Assembly: GCA_045537795.1 (NCBI GenBank)
Contig: JAZSQE010000068.1
Coordinates: 56,252 to 120,251, forward strand
Direction of reading: 5' to 3'
Source of the DNA: Kiritimatiellia bacterium
GTDB lineage: Bacteria > Verrucomicrobiota > Kiritimatiellia > RFP12 > UBA1067
DNA length: 64,000 nt
Positions 1-8,365 of the stretch are shown here, one piece after another (within the stretch, counting starts at the first letter, position 1; each line of letters opens with the position of its first letter). The translations under genes and the position numbers were made by a program. The notes under the pieces were generated by a model. That model saw only the letters and a list, made by a program, of their open reading frames with translations. It made no database searches and was not told the origin of the DNA.

Positions 1-221
1 CCGAAATAAACGGTTTTGAATTTAATGTCGGCAGGCGCTTCCGATACCGCCGCCGCAAGACGCTTCACGTAGTCTTCACGCGTCTCCGGCGTCGAGCCGG
101 CGCGCGAATGAAGCGCGCAATAAGCGCACTTCATCCGGCAGAAGGGAAAATGGACGTAGAGGTTGCGCTTCAGATTTTGAAGTATTTCTTGATCTTCGCG
201 ACCTTGTCGAGCTTCTCCCAC
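1..221 (-). CDS. Radical-SAM HemW/HemN-like protein, N-terminal fragment (the gene runs off the left edge)
   Basis: This ORF is absent from the ORF track because it is too short. My own minus-strand translation reads ..QNLKRNLYVHFPFCRMKCAYCALHSRAGSTPETREDYVKRLAAAVSEAPADIKFKTVYFG. It carries the CxxxCxxC radical-SAM motif in the LY(V/I)H(F/I)PFC context typical of HemW/HemN. The start is uncertain (GTG at 221 or CTG at 173), and the gene overlaps the 3' end of metK. Confidence 0.6.
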   Translation of the reverse strand, partial: MGEARQGREDQEILQNLKRNLYVHFPFCRMKCAYCALHSRAGSTPETREDYVKRLAAAVSEAPADIKFKTVYF

Positions 222-1366
222 GGGAACGCCTCGCGGCCGAAGTGGCCGTATGCGGCCGTATCCTCGTACGACCAACCCTTCGGTTTGAGAAGCTTCAAGT
301 CCGCCGTGAGCGCATATGGTCTGAAATCGAAAATCCTGCCCGACGAGAGCATCTTTTCGATATCTTCATTGGTGACGCCGTGCGACGTGCCGAAAGTTTT
401 CACGCAGAAGCTGACGGGCTTGTCGACGCCGATGGCATAAGCGACCTGTATCTGGCAGCGGTCTGCAAGACCTGCGGCGACGATATTCTTCGCGGCGTAG
501 CGCGTGTAATACGCGGCGCTGCGGTCGACCTTCGAAGGATCCTTCCCGGAGAATGCGCCGCCGCCGTGCGCTGCCATGCCGCCGTAAGTGTCGACGATGA
601 TCTTTCTCCCGGTAAGCCCACTGTCGCCGCAAGGCCCGCCCACGACAAACTTGCCGGTCGGGTTGACGAGAAATTTCGTTTTCGCGGTAAGAAGCCCGGT
701 CGGTTTCAGATATTCGCGGCAGAGCTTCGCGATTTTCGCGTAATTCGCCTTGGTCGCGCCTTTCTGCGTCGTCTGGTGCGAGAGGACGACCGTATCGATG
801 GCGACGGGGCGGCCGTCTGCATAAACGACCGAGACCTGGCTCTTCGAGTCGGGCCTCAGCCACGAGTACTTTCTGTCGGTGTGTCTCAGGCGCGCGAACA
901 TCTCGACGAGACCGTGCGAATAGACGATCGGCGCGGGCATGAAGCTCGGCGTTTCGTTCGTCGCGTAGCCGAACATCATCCCCTGGTCGCCCGCGCCCTG
1001 CGATTTCTTCTCCTTGCGGTTGACCCCCTGCGCGATGTCGGGCGACTGGCCGTGGAGATGCGAGACATAGGAGAAGGTATCCCAGCTGAAATTTTCTTCG
1101 GGACGGTCGTAGCCGATCTTTTTGACGACGCGCCTGGCGATGGCGGCGGGGTCGATCTTACCGAAACCCTTGGCCGTGATCTCGCCCATATTGACGACGA
1201 CGTCGGGCCCGACCATCGTTTCGCACGCGACATGCGCGCGCGGGTCGGCCTTCAGGCAGGCGTCGAGAATCGCGTCGGAGATCTGATCGGCCACCTTGTC
1301 GGGATGCCCTTCCGAAACGGACTCCGACGTGAATACGTGGCAATGCGTTTTTTTGTTCGTTTTCAT
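170..1366 (-). CDS. metK: S-adenosylmethionine synthetase
   Basis: The 398-aa ORF contains FTSESVSEGHPDKVADQISDAILDA, GAGDQGMMFGYA and GGGAFSGKDPSKVDRSAAY, the hallmark MetK motifs. Confidence 0.97.
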   Translation of the reverse strand: MKTNKKTHCHVFTSESVSEGHPDKVADQISDAILDACLKADPRAHVACETMVGPDVVVNMGEITAKGFGKIDPAAIARRVVKKIGYDRPEENFSWDTFSYVSHLHGQSPDIAQGVNRKEKKSQGAGDQGMMFGYATNETPSFMPAPIVYSHGLVEMFARLRHTDRKYSWLRPDSKSQVSVVYADGRPVAIDTVVLSHQTTQKGATKANYAKIAKLCREYLKPTGLLTAKTKFLVNPTGKFVVGGPCGDSGLTGRKIIVDTYGGMAAHGGGAFSGKDPSKVDRSAAYYTRYAAKNIVAAGLADRCQIQVAYAIGVDKPVSFCVKTFGTSHGVTNEDIEKMLSSGRIFDFRPYALTADLKLLKPKGWSYEDTAAYGHFGREAFPWEKLDKVAKIKKYFKI

Positions 1367-1436
1367 TCCCTGTTAGACTTTCCATTTTATGTCTCACGCG
1401 GGCCCCGTAGAGCCCGCGTCACAGACTGAAATGATT

Positions 1437-1530
1437 TGGCGGAGGGAGGGGGATTCGAACCCCCGGTACGGAAGTTAAACCGTACGACGATTTAGCAAAC
1501 CGCTGCCTTCAGCCACTCAGCCATCCCTCC
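1437..1530 (-). tRNA. tRNA-Ser (anticodon GCU), class II with a long variable arm and an encoded CCA
   Basis: The reverse complement reads GGAGGGA-TG-GCTGAGTGGCTGAAGGC-A-GCGGT-TTGCTAA-ATCGT-CGTACGGTTTAACTTCCGTAC-CGGGGGTTCGAATCCCCCT-TCCCTCC-GCCA. The 7-bp acceptor stem pairs, the anticodon loop is TT-GCT-AA, the T-loop is GTTCGAATC, and the variable arm is GTACGG/CCGTAC. Confidence 0.9.
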
Positions 1531-1551
1531 AAATCGTTGGGTGATAGTTTA

Positions 1552-2715
1552 TCAAATCCTCTGCTCTCCGTCAACGAAGACGGCTGAAGGCTTCCAGCTG
1601 CGCGGATTGATGACGACGAGGTCGGCGGTGTAACCCTTTTCGACCTTGCCCAGTTCATCGCCCCAGCCGAGCTCGATGGCCTGGTTCCACGACGTGGTCC
1701 TGACGAGATCCTTGAGCGGCAGCCCCGTCACGTCGCGCACGTTCTTGAGCCCCATGCCCATCCAAAGCGTGGAGCCGGCGAGATTGCCGCCTTCGACGAG
1801 GCGCGCTTCGCCGTTCTCGAGTTTGACCTTGAGCCCGCCCATCTCGAACGCGTAGCCGTCCTTGCAGTGAGAACACCTGAGCGAGTCGGTGATGATCTGC
1901 ACGTGCGCGAGGTTGCGGCGCGTGAAGACGAGCCTGAGCATATCGGGACAGAGGTGGATCTTGTCGGCGATGACTTCGGTGTTGAGGTCTTCGATAAGGA
2001 AGCCCGCTCCCACCATGCCGATTTCGCGGTGATGCAGCGGCGTCATCTGATTGCAGAAATGCGTCATGTGCCTGAGCCCGTTCTTGTAGGCCGGCATAAG
2101 CTCCTTGAGCTTCGCGCCCGTGTGGCCGCAGCTCGGGACAATGCCCGCCTTGAGGCAGTCCTTCGCGAACTTCGCTCCGCCTTCGGTCTCGGGTGCGTAG
2201 GAGATGAGCTTCACGGGATAGACCTTGGCGATCGCCTTCACTTCGGCGATCGAGGGCTTGCGCACGAACGCGGGGTTCTGTGCGCCGCAGCACTTCACGT
2301 TGATGAACGGCCCTTCAAGATGGATGCCCGGCACCTTCGCGTAAGGCGCGCCCGCTTCGGCGTACTTCTTCGCATTCGCGGCGGCGACAAGCAGCTCCTC
2401 ATGGCTGACGGTGAGCGTCGTCGGCAGGAACGTCGTCACGCCTTCCTGAAGCTTCGCCTTGGCGACTTCGAAAACGGCCTTTTCATCGGCGTCGCAGAAA
2501 TCGTGCGTAAGAGCGCCGTGAGTGTGCACGTCGATGAAGCCCGGCATGACGTACTGACCGTTGACGTCGACTGTCGTCGTCGACTTGTCGGCCTTGGGCG
2601 TCTTCTTCGCGGCGCTTACCGACTTGATTTTCTTTCCTTCAATGACGATTGTCGCGTTTTCGATGTCGACGCCGGGGGAGATGACGTGGGCGTTTACGAT
2701 GACTGTTTTCTGCAT
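1552..2715 (-). CDS. nagA: N-acetylglucosamine-6-phosphate deacetylase
   Basis: Motifs present are PGFIDVHTHG, HLEGPFIN, CGHTGA and HFCNQM, giving the amidohydrolase metal-ligand pattern of NagA. I trimmed the start to MQKTVIV (ATG 2715), which has an AAAGGA Shine-Dalgarno (SD) ribosome-binding site upstream. Confidence 0.9.
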   Translation of the reverse strand: MQKTVIVNAHVISPGVDIENATIVIEGKKIKSVSAAKKTPKADKSTTTVDVNGQYVMPGFIDVHTHGALTHDFCDADEKAVFEVAKAKLQEGVTTFLPTTLTVSHEELLVAAANAKKYAEAGAPYAKVPGIHLEGPFINVKCCGAQNPAFVRKPSIAEVKAIAKVYPVKLISYAPETEGGAKFAKDCLKAGIVPSCGHTGAKLKELMPAYKNGLRHMTHFCNQMTPLHHREIGMVGAGFLIEDLNTEVIADKIHLCPDMLRLVFTRRNLAHVQIITDSLRCSHCKDGYAFEMGGLKVKLENGEARLVEGGNLAGSTLWMGMGLKNVRDVTGLPLKDLVRTTSWNQAIELGWGDELGKVEKGYTADLVVINPRSWKPSAVFVDGEQRI

Positions 2716-2768
2716 GACGTGAGTCCTTTCGTTGGTTTTGATATCGCTTATTCCTCGCAAGGAACGCT

Positions 2769-3743
2769 TTACTTGAGCGCTACGGCCTTTACGTTCATGC
2801 GCAGTTCGTGCTCGCGGCCGGGCAGCACCTTGATCTGCATCTCGCGGCTGATGGTCGATGGCTCGAGACAGACGAAGCGCTTCCAGTCGTTCTCGGCGAA
2901 CTGGCCCTTGGAGGATGACGGGGGAATGCTCCAGAGGATGAGCTTGCGGTGGCCGCGCGCGGCGAGGGCGATGGCGCGGTTCTTGCCCTCGTCGAAGAGG
3001 ACGTATTCGCCGCGCCCGGGGAAGAAGACGCGGCCTTCGCCGGCAGAGAACTTGAGATCGCCCTTGAAAATCGGATTCGCCGCGCCGCTGTAGATGCGGT
3101 CGTTGCGCACTCCGTCAAGTCCTCTGAGGACGACACTGTTCACATCGGAGACTTCAATATAGGTATGAAAGCCCTCCGTAATGGAGAAGGGAATGTCGCC
3201 GGTGTTCTTCGTGCGGAGCGAGACGTTGAGCGATTCGCCGAGTTCGATCGTGTAGAGGAGCTTGAATTCATACGGCCACATCCTGAGAGTTTCGCGGTTT
3301 GATTCAAGAGAAAGAACGAGGCGGGAGACGTTCTTGCCCGCGACGTTCTCGACGATCTTCCAGCGCATCTGGCGCGCGAAGGAATGTATCGTGCTGCCGG
3401 CTTCGCCGTTCATGTTGAACCACGGCCAGCAGATCGGTATGCCGGCGTGGACAAAATCGTTGGTCGTAAAATCGGGGTCCTTCACCGTGAATAGGACTTC
3501 CTGGCCTCCGGCGGGAACGTAGCTGAAAACGTTCGCGCCGATGAGCGAGACCTTGATTTCGCCGTGGCGGTTCTTGACGGTGATGATGTCGTTTTTCGCC
3601 GCGAGCGCCTTCTGCGGGTTCTGCCCGGTGAGCTCGGCGTACGTGCGCGGATCGGGATGGGTGTATACGGTGGGCTGCGGGTCGGGGCTGCAACATCCCG
3701 CCGCAACCGCCGCCAACGTCAGTGCCGCCAGAAGTTTCTGCAT
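2769..3743 (-). CDS. Aldose 1-epimerase family protein (hexose-6-phosphate mutarotase/YeaD-like) with a lipoprotein signal peptide
   Basis: HAGIPICWPWFN and the following beta-sandwich sequence resemble the YeaD/glucose-6-P 1-epimerase family. The N-terminus MQKLLAALTLAAVAAGCCSPD has a lipobox. I trimmed the start to ATG 3743, which has an AAGGAG SD. Confidence 0.7.
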   Translation of the reverse strand: MQKLLAALTLAAVAAGCCSPDPQPTVYTHPDPRTYAELTGQNPQKALAAKNDIITVKNRHGEIKVSLIGANVFSYVPAGGQEVLFTVKDPDFTTNDFVHAGIPICWPWFNMNGEAGSTIHSFARQMRWKIVENVAGKNVSRLVLSLESNRETLRMWPYEFKLLYTIELGESLNVSLRTKNTGDIPFSITEGFHTYIEVSDVNSVVLRGLDGVRNDRIYSGAANPIFKGDLKFSAGEGRVFFPGRGEYVLFDEGKNRAIALAARGHRKLILWSIPPSSSKGQFAENDWKRFVCLEPSTISREMQIKVLPGREHELRMNVKAVALK

Positions 3744-3773
3744 CTTGATTGCTCCTTTTTGACTGTCAACCCG

Positions 3774-3782
3774 ATTATACCA
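3774..3782 (-). promoter_or_regulatory. Extended -10 promoter element TGGTATAAT for the mutarotase-nagA unit
   Basis: The reverse complement of attatacca is TGGTATAAT. It lies in the 50-nt gap after the stop of the upstream gene and is followed by a roughly 24-nt leader carrying AAGGAG, then ATG 3743. Confidence 0.5.
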
Positions 3783-3793
3783 CAATTCGCCGT

Positions 3794-5128
3794 TTACAGG
3801 CAAAGGCCGACGGCCTTTATATCATCGGCATCGAGCGCGTAGACGGGGTCTATCTCGACGGGCAGAGCCGCCGAAACGGCGATGCCCGCCTCCGCGAGCC
3901 ACCTGCGCCACTTCGCCTGCATATCGGCGCGGCACGTCGCCGGCGAATCGGCGCCTTCGGCGTTTTTGACGGGCGAGAACTCGTCCTTCTGGTCGAAAGC
4001 GAGAAAGGCCGCCTTTTTCGCGTTGGGCAGAATGTCGAAAATGAACTTTTCGAACTTGTAGCCGTTGGGTTCCGAAGGCTTTACGACCTTGCCGTCCGGT
4101 CCGAGCATGGGGATTTTCTTGAACGCGAGATGAAGAGGCATCGCCTTCGACGCCTCCCGCTCGAGAAAGGCGCGGTCGAAAACGTGTATCGCGGGCGAGC
4201 CGTAGAGGAAGTAGAGAGCGCCGCTCTTCGTTTTGCGGTTGCACTGCGCATCGGTCATCTCGGTATACTCGACCATTCTGAAACGATCGCCGAACTTCAT
4301 CGGCATGCCGACTTTCTCGTACGGGTCGCGCTTGGCGCAGAGCTTGAGCGAATACTCCGACTTTTCCGTGACGTGATGCCCGATGAACGCGGGGTCGGCG
4401 ATTTCGACGAGAGGATTGTCGACCTGGAAGAAGAAGACGGATTTTATCCCCCGCTTCTTCATGTCGGAGAGCGCTCCCGAGCGCTTGAGGGCGGCGAGAA
4501 GTCCGCCGTGACCGTCGGGGCTCATGAAGATGCGTCCGGGTGCCTCAAGGATGATTTTCCCCTCTTTCGTCATCCCGGGCCACATCCCCTGCGTGAAGAA
4601 AAAGACGTCGTCCGGATTGAGACCGAAATAATCGTTCTCCTCGAAGCACTTGACCGTCGCGGCGTTGTTCGCCTCGCTAGTCATCACGTAGAACGGTATC
4701 GGCGCGCCGTAGCGGATGGATCTGGCGAGGATCTTGCGCGCGTGGAAATAAAACAGCGGCGCGCCCGTGACGGGACCTATCGAATAGCAGCCCTTCGGAC
4801 CGTCGTAGCCCAGACGCGAACCCTGGCCGCCCGCGACGAGAAGCGCGGCGACGCGCCCGGCGGAAAGTTCCTTCTCGCCCGCCGCCTGCGCGGCCGCGAG
4901 CGCCTTGCCTTTGAGGAGCGTGACTTTGGGGGCGACGCCCTTCGAGCTGTCGGGAGTTCCCGCCCCTTCGGCGAGCGCCTTCGCGCAGCGCTTCACGCTC
5001 GCGGGATCTACCGTCGCGATCTGGGCGAGAAGCGCCTCGCGCTCTGCCTTTCCGAGTTTGTTCCAGTACGCGAGCACGTGCTGCTGGCCGCACTTCTTCA
5101 AAAGTTTTTCAGCTTCTGATCTGTTCAT
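3794..5128 (-). CDS. UDP-N-acetylhexosamine (UDP-GlcNAc) pyrophosphorylase, eukaryotic UAP1/UDPGP type
   Basis: LLVAGGQGSRLGYDGPKG matches the L-x2-GGQG-x-RLG-x3-PKG signature of the UDPGP/UAP family. The length of 444 aa fits that family. Confidence 0.8.
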   Translation of the reverse strand: MNRSEAEKLLKKCGQQHVLAYWNKLGKAEREALLAQIATVDPASVKRCAKALAEGAGTPDSSKGVAPKVTLLKGKALAAAQAAGEKELSAGRVAALLVAGGQGSRLGYDGPKGCYSIGPVTGAPLFYFHARKILARSIRYGAPIPFYVMTSEANNAATVKCFEENDYFGLNPDDVFFFTQGMWPGMTKEGKIILEAPGRIFMSPDGHGGLLAALKRSGALSDMKKRGIKSVFFFQVDNPLVEIADPAFIGHHVTEKSEYSLKLCAKRDPYEKVGMPMKFGDRFRMVEYTEMTDAQCNRKTKSGALYFLYGSPAIHVFDRAFLEREASKAMPLHLAFKKIPMLGPDGKVVKPSEPNGYKFEKFIFDILPNAKKAAFLAFDQKDEFSPVKNAEGADSPATCRADMQAKWRRWLAEAGIAVSAALPVEIDPVYALDADDIKAVGLCL

Positions 5129-5150
5129 TTCATCTGTTCCTTTCTTGAAA

Positions 5151-7238
5151 TCAGTACGTTCCTATTTCCGCCTCGTCGGGGAGCGGGGAGAAAGCGCTCT
5201 TTCCGGCGAAGTCATCGAGATCGGGCAGCTTGCCGAAACGCCAGTTGCGATGGGTTTCGACCGGGCAGGCTTCGGGCGTTTTGACGAGAGGCCCCGTGCC
5301 GACGAAAACGTTGCGCGTGAAAAGGTTGCTCTGCACGAGAGTGTCGTGAAGATTCTCTATGCCGGGATATCTGATCGTATACGGGGGCTTGTAGATGTTG
5401 ACGTCTTCCTCGGTCATCTTCACCGAGCTCCTGTTCCTGAACGACTTGAGCCACTCATGGCGGGTGTATTCAGTGATCGAAACTCCTATGCCGCAAAGCG
5501 TGAAAACGTTGTTGTCGATCACGTTCCATCTGCCGCCGTTTATCTGCACGCCGCCGAAATGCACGCCGTCCGACGCGTTGTCGAAGCGGTTGCCGTAGAC
5601 GATCTGCCCGCAGATGCGGTCATCAAAGCGTATCCCTGCCTGACCATGCCCCTTGACGCCGATGTTGCGCCAGATGTTGTACGAATAGACGTTGCCGAAA
5701 TACGAAGGATCGCCGTAGATGTCGACGGCGCCCTGATCGCCCGACTCCATGACGGCCCTTTCGACGAGATTCATGCTTATGAGAAAATCGTTGCCTTCGA
5801 CCCTGATGGCGCTGGAAGCGATGTCGTGAAAATGGTTATAGACGACTTTCGTCCCGCACCCGTAGAGCCGCAGCCCCGGCGTGTAGGTTCTGAGCGTGTG
5901 CGAAGTGTCGCCGATCTCATTGTTTTCGATTCTGATGCCGCTGGGCACGAGATTCTTCCTGTCGCCGCCTCTGACGTCCATCGCCGCGCGCCCGAACCCG
6001 AGAAAGCGGTTGCCCCATATCGTCGCGTCGCGGGCATTCGTCATCTTGAAGCCTTCTCCGCCGAAATTCAGTATCTCATTCCCGGCGAAAACAAAATCGG
6101 AGCAGTTGTCGGCGACGACGGCGCGGCCGCGGCCGTATTGGAAGACGAGCGAGCGTATCTCGACGTGGCTTATGTCCCTGAGTTCGAGAAACGTCCCGTC
6201 GAACGAAGAAAGCGTATAAACGTTCTTCTTTCCCTTGACTGGCTCTTTCGGCCAGACGTAAAGCTTCGCCGTGCGCGCGTCGAGATACCACTCGCCCTCC
6301 CTGTCGAGCGCGTGAAGCGCGTTGAGAAGACAGTAATAGACGTTTGGGTTCCACTTAGCCATCATCCCCAGACTGTGCGGCGGCGTGACGGCAAAAGTCC
6401 CCTTCTGCGCATCGACGGCGATGCGGTCGGTGAAATCGGCCCAGCACCAGATCCAGTAGCCGCGCGCCATAAGATCGGGCTCCTTCGCCCACGCCGAAAG
6501 ATCGCCGACGGCGGCGCACGGCCTGAAGACGTGCCTTTTGCGGTCGACTATGTTCGTCGCATGAAGATCGCGGTCGTTCGGAAATCTCGCCAGCGGCAGA
6601 TACGAGCCGTTGAAGTAGAGATCCTGCACGCGGTTTTTGTCGCCGTCTCCGTAGCCGACGGTTCCGCGGATCTCGCGAGCATGCGCAAAGCCCGTCTTCG
6701 AAAGATCGCAGACGCGCACGGCCGCGCGCGCTTCATCGTCCGGGAGACGCGCGAGGACGGCGGGGTCGCTCACGCGCTCGAAACCGTCGATCTCGAAACC
6801 CGACGTGAAGACGGGCTTTTCGTTGCCGTAGGCGCGGTAGACTATCCTGAAATCCTCCGAGCCGGAATCCTCCTTCGTCAGAGACGTCGTCGCCGTGACC
6901 TTGTATTCACCGCCCCTGAAATAAACGCACATTCCGCCCTTGAGACCGTCCGTCCGCAGTCTCCTCACGCGCTCCGCGGCGCCGCGCCACGTCGCGAGGG
7001 GGTCTTCGAGAGTGCCCGCCGCCGAGTCGTCGCCGTCCGGCGCGACGAAAAGGGAATTCGCGCACGCCGGTGCACGCGGTATGACGCGCGGTTCGATTTT
7101 CGCGTAAGGGACGCGTTCGGCTTCGCCCATGCGCTTTATTTCGTCAGTCGTGTAAAACCTGACGTCATCGCTCTGCGCTACTGCGGTTGAAACGCACGCG
7201 AACGCCGCGGCGGCAAAAATCGTCTTCATCATGATCAT
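5151..7238 (-). CDS. Secreted right-handed parallel beta-helix repeat protein (polysaccharide lyase/hydrolase-like fold), exact activity unknown
   Basis: The signal peptide is MIMMKTIFAAAAFACVSTAVAQ. The sequence has periodic N/G/I-rich coils (NNEIGDTSH.., VVYNHFHDI.., IVYGNRFDN.., VIDNNVFT..). The start overlaps the alr stop as ATGA. Confidence 0.7.
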   Translation of the reverse strand: MIMMKTIFAAAAFACVSTAVAQSDDVRFYTTDEIKRMGEAERVPYAKIEPRVIPRAPACANSLFVAPDGDDSAAGTLEDPLATWRGAAERVRRLRTDGLKGGMCVYFRGGEYKVTATTSLTKEDSGSEDFRIVYRAYGNEKPVFTSGFEIDGFERVSDPAVLARLPDDEARAAVRVCDLSKTGFAHAREIRGTVGYGDGDKNRVQDLYFNGSYLPLARFPNDRDLHATNIVDRKRHVFRPCAAVGDLSAWAKEPDLMARGYWIWCWADFTDRIAVDAQKGTFAVTPPHSLGMMAKWNPNVYYCLLNALHALDREGEWYLDARTAKLYVWPKEPVKGKKNVYTLSSFDGTFLELRDISHVEIRSLVFQYGRGRAVVADNCSDFVFAGNEILNFGGEGFKMTNARDATIWGNRFLGFGRAAMDVRGGDRKNLVPSGIRIENNEIGDTSHTLRTYTPGLRLYGCGTKVVYNHFHDIASSAIRVEGNDFLISMNLVERAVMESGDQGAVDIYGDPSYFGNVYSYNIWRNIGVKGHGQAGIRFDDRICGQIVYGNRFDNASDGVHFGGVQINGGRWNVIDNNVFTLCGIGVSITEYTRHEWLKSFRNRSSVKMTEEDVNIYKPPYTIRYPGIENLHDTLVQSNLFTRNVFVGTGPLVKTPEACPVETHRNWRFGKLPDLDDFAGKSAFSPLPDEAEIGTY

Positions 7239-8365
7239 CCTTTCACGTAACGTTCCACACGCGAACCAAGAGAGCAGATTATGTCGTAGGCGTGGGTGCC
7301 TTTTATCGCCGCCCAGTCATCGGGCGTGATGGAGTCGTTCCCGACGCGGCCGAGACAGATGACTTCGTCGCCGGGGGCGACCGCGCCGAGATGCGAAACA
7401 TCGACGGTCGTATAATCCATCGAGACGCGACCGACGATCGGGCATCTGACGCCGCCGATGAAGACGCTCCCGCGGTTGCCGAGCGCGAGCGGCAACCCGT
7501 CGGCGTATCCGGCTGAAATCGTAGCGATCTTCGAGCGGTTCGGGAGACACCACGTCCGCCCGTAGCCGAGCGTCGTGCCGGCGTCGAGGCTGCGCACCTG
7601 CGCGACACGCGTCTTTAGCGTCAGCACCGGCTCCACCTTCAGAGTCTTTCGCCCCGCGGGATCGAAACTCCCATGTAGATTGATGCCGGTCCTTACGAGA
7701 TTGAACGGCGCTTTTGCCGCCTCGGGAAAATTGTTGAGGGCGTCGCTTGCGGCTATATGCACCTTGTCGAACACGTATCCCTTCGCCGCGAGTTTCCTGA
7801 CGAGAGAGGCGAAACGCGAAATCTGGCCGGCGGTAAAAGGATGCTTCGGATCGTACGCCACGGGACAATGCGAAAAGATCCCTTCGGGGCGGAGGTTCTT
7901 TAATTTTGCCGTTTTCGCGACGACGCCGGGAGCCTCGGTCACGGGAATGCCGAGCCTACCCATCCCGGAATCGATCTTGATATGCACCTTCGCCTTGACG
8001 CGCGCTTCAGCCGCCGCACGGTCGATGAGGCGCGCCGAGTCGAAATCGGTCACGGGGAGCGTCACTCCCGACGCTACCATTTCGCCGATTTCATCGGGAA
8101 GAACGCTCGAGAGTATCTGCACGTCGGCATCGATCCCCTCGCGCAGAAAAAGATCTTTCAACTCTTTCGCTTCGCACGGTTCGGCGATGCCGAAGCGTCT
8201 GCAGCCGGCGGCCGCAAGGGCTTTGGCGTAAGGTGCAACGCCGAGACCATAGGCATTCGCCTTGAGTACCGCCAGAACTTCGGCGGGCGCGGCGTACTGC
8301 ACTATGCGCCGGTAGTTTCTGACGAGAGCCTTGAGATCGATCTCGACGCGAACACGCTTTTTCAT
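7235..8365 (-). CDS. alr: Alanine racemase
   Basis: AVLKANAYGLG contains the PLP-binding lysine context. The 376-aa length and the C-terminal beta domain (..GRVSMDYTTVDV..) are also typical. Confidence 0.93.
   Translation of the reverse strand: MKKRVRVEIDLKALVRNYRRIVQYAAPAEVLAVLKANAYGLGVAPYAKALAAAGCRRFGIAEPCEAKELKDLFLREGIDADVQILSSVLPDEIGEMVASGVTLPVTDFDSARLIDRAAAEARVKAKVHIKIDSGMGRLGIPVTEAPGVVAKTAKLKNLRPEGIFSHCPVAYDPKHPFTAGQISRFASLVRKLAAKGYVFDKVHIAASDALNNFPEAAKAPFNLVRTGINLHGSFDPAGRKTLKVEPVLTLKTRVAQVRSLDAGTTLGYGRTWCLPNRSKIATISAGYADGLPLALGNRGSVFIGGVRCPIVGRVSMDYTTVDVSHLGAVAPGDEVICLGRVGNDSITPDDWAAIKGTHAYDIICSLGSRVERYVKG

Noticed and set aside
242-1429. This is a long plus-strand ORF (395 aa) antisense to metK. 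Many similar long antisense ORFs appear in the track: 1867..3093, 3749..5119, 4905..7190, 9040..9891, 13383..14225, 15682..16977, 16925..18688, 20882..22117, 22160..23032, 25720..26724 and 27469..28449. Further examples are 31213..32421, 33314..34330, 34057..35769, 36134..37702, 40185..42581, 43440..44816, 48256..50421, 50472..51992, 53158..55092, 56138..57154, 59025..60764 and 62373..63344.
   Set aside because: These are shadow ORFs typical of GC-rich DNA. Their products are Arg/Ala/Gly/Asp-rich low complexity with no motifs. In every case the opposite strand encodes a protein with unmistakable family signatures.
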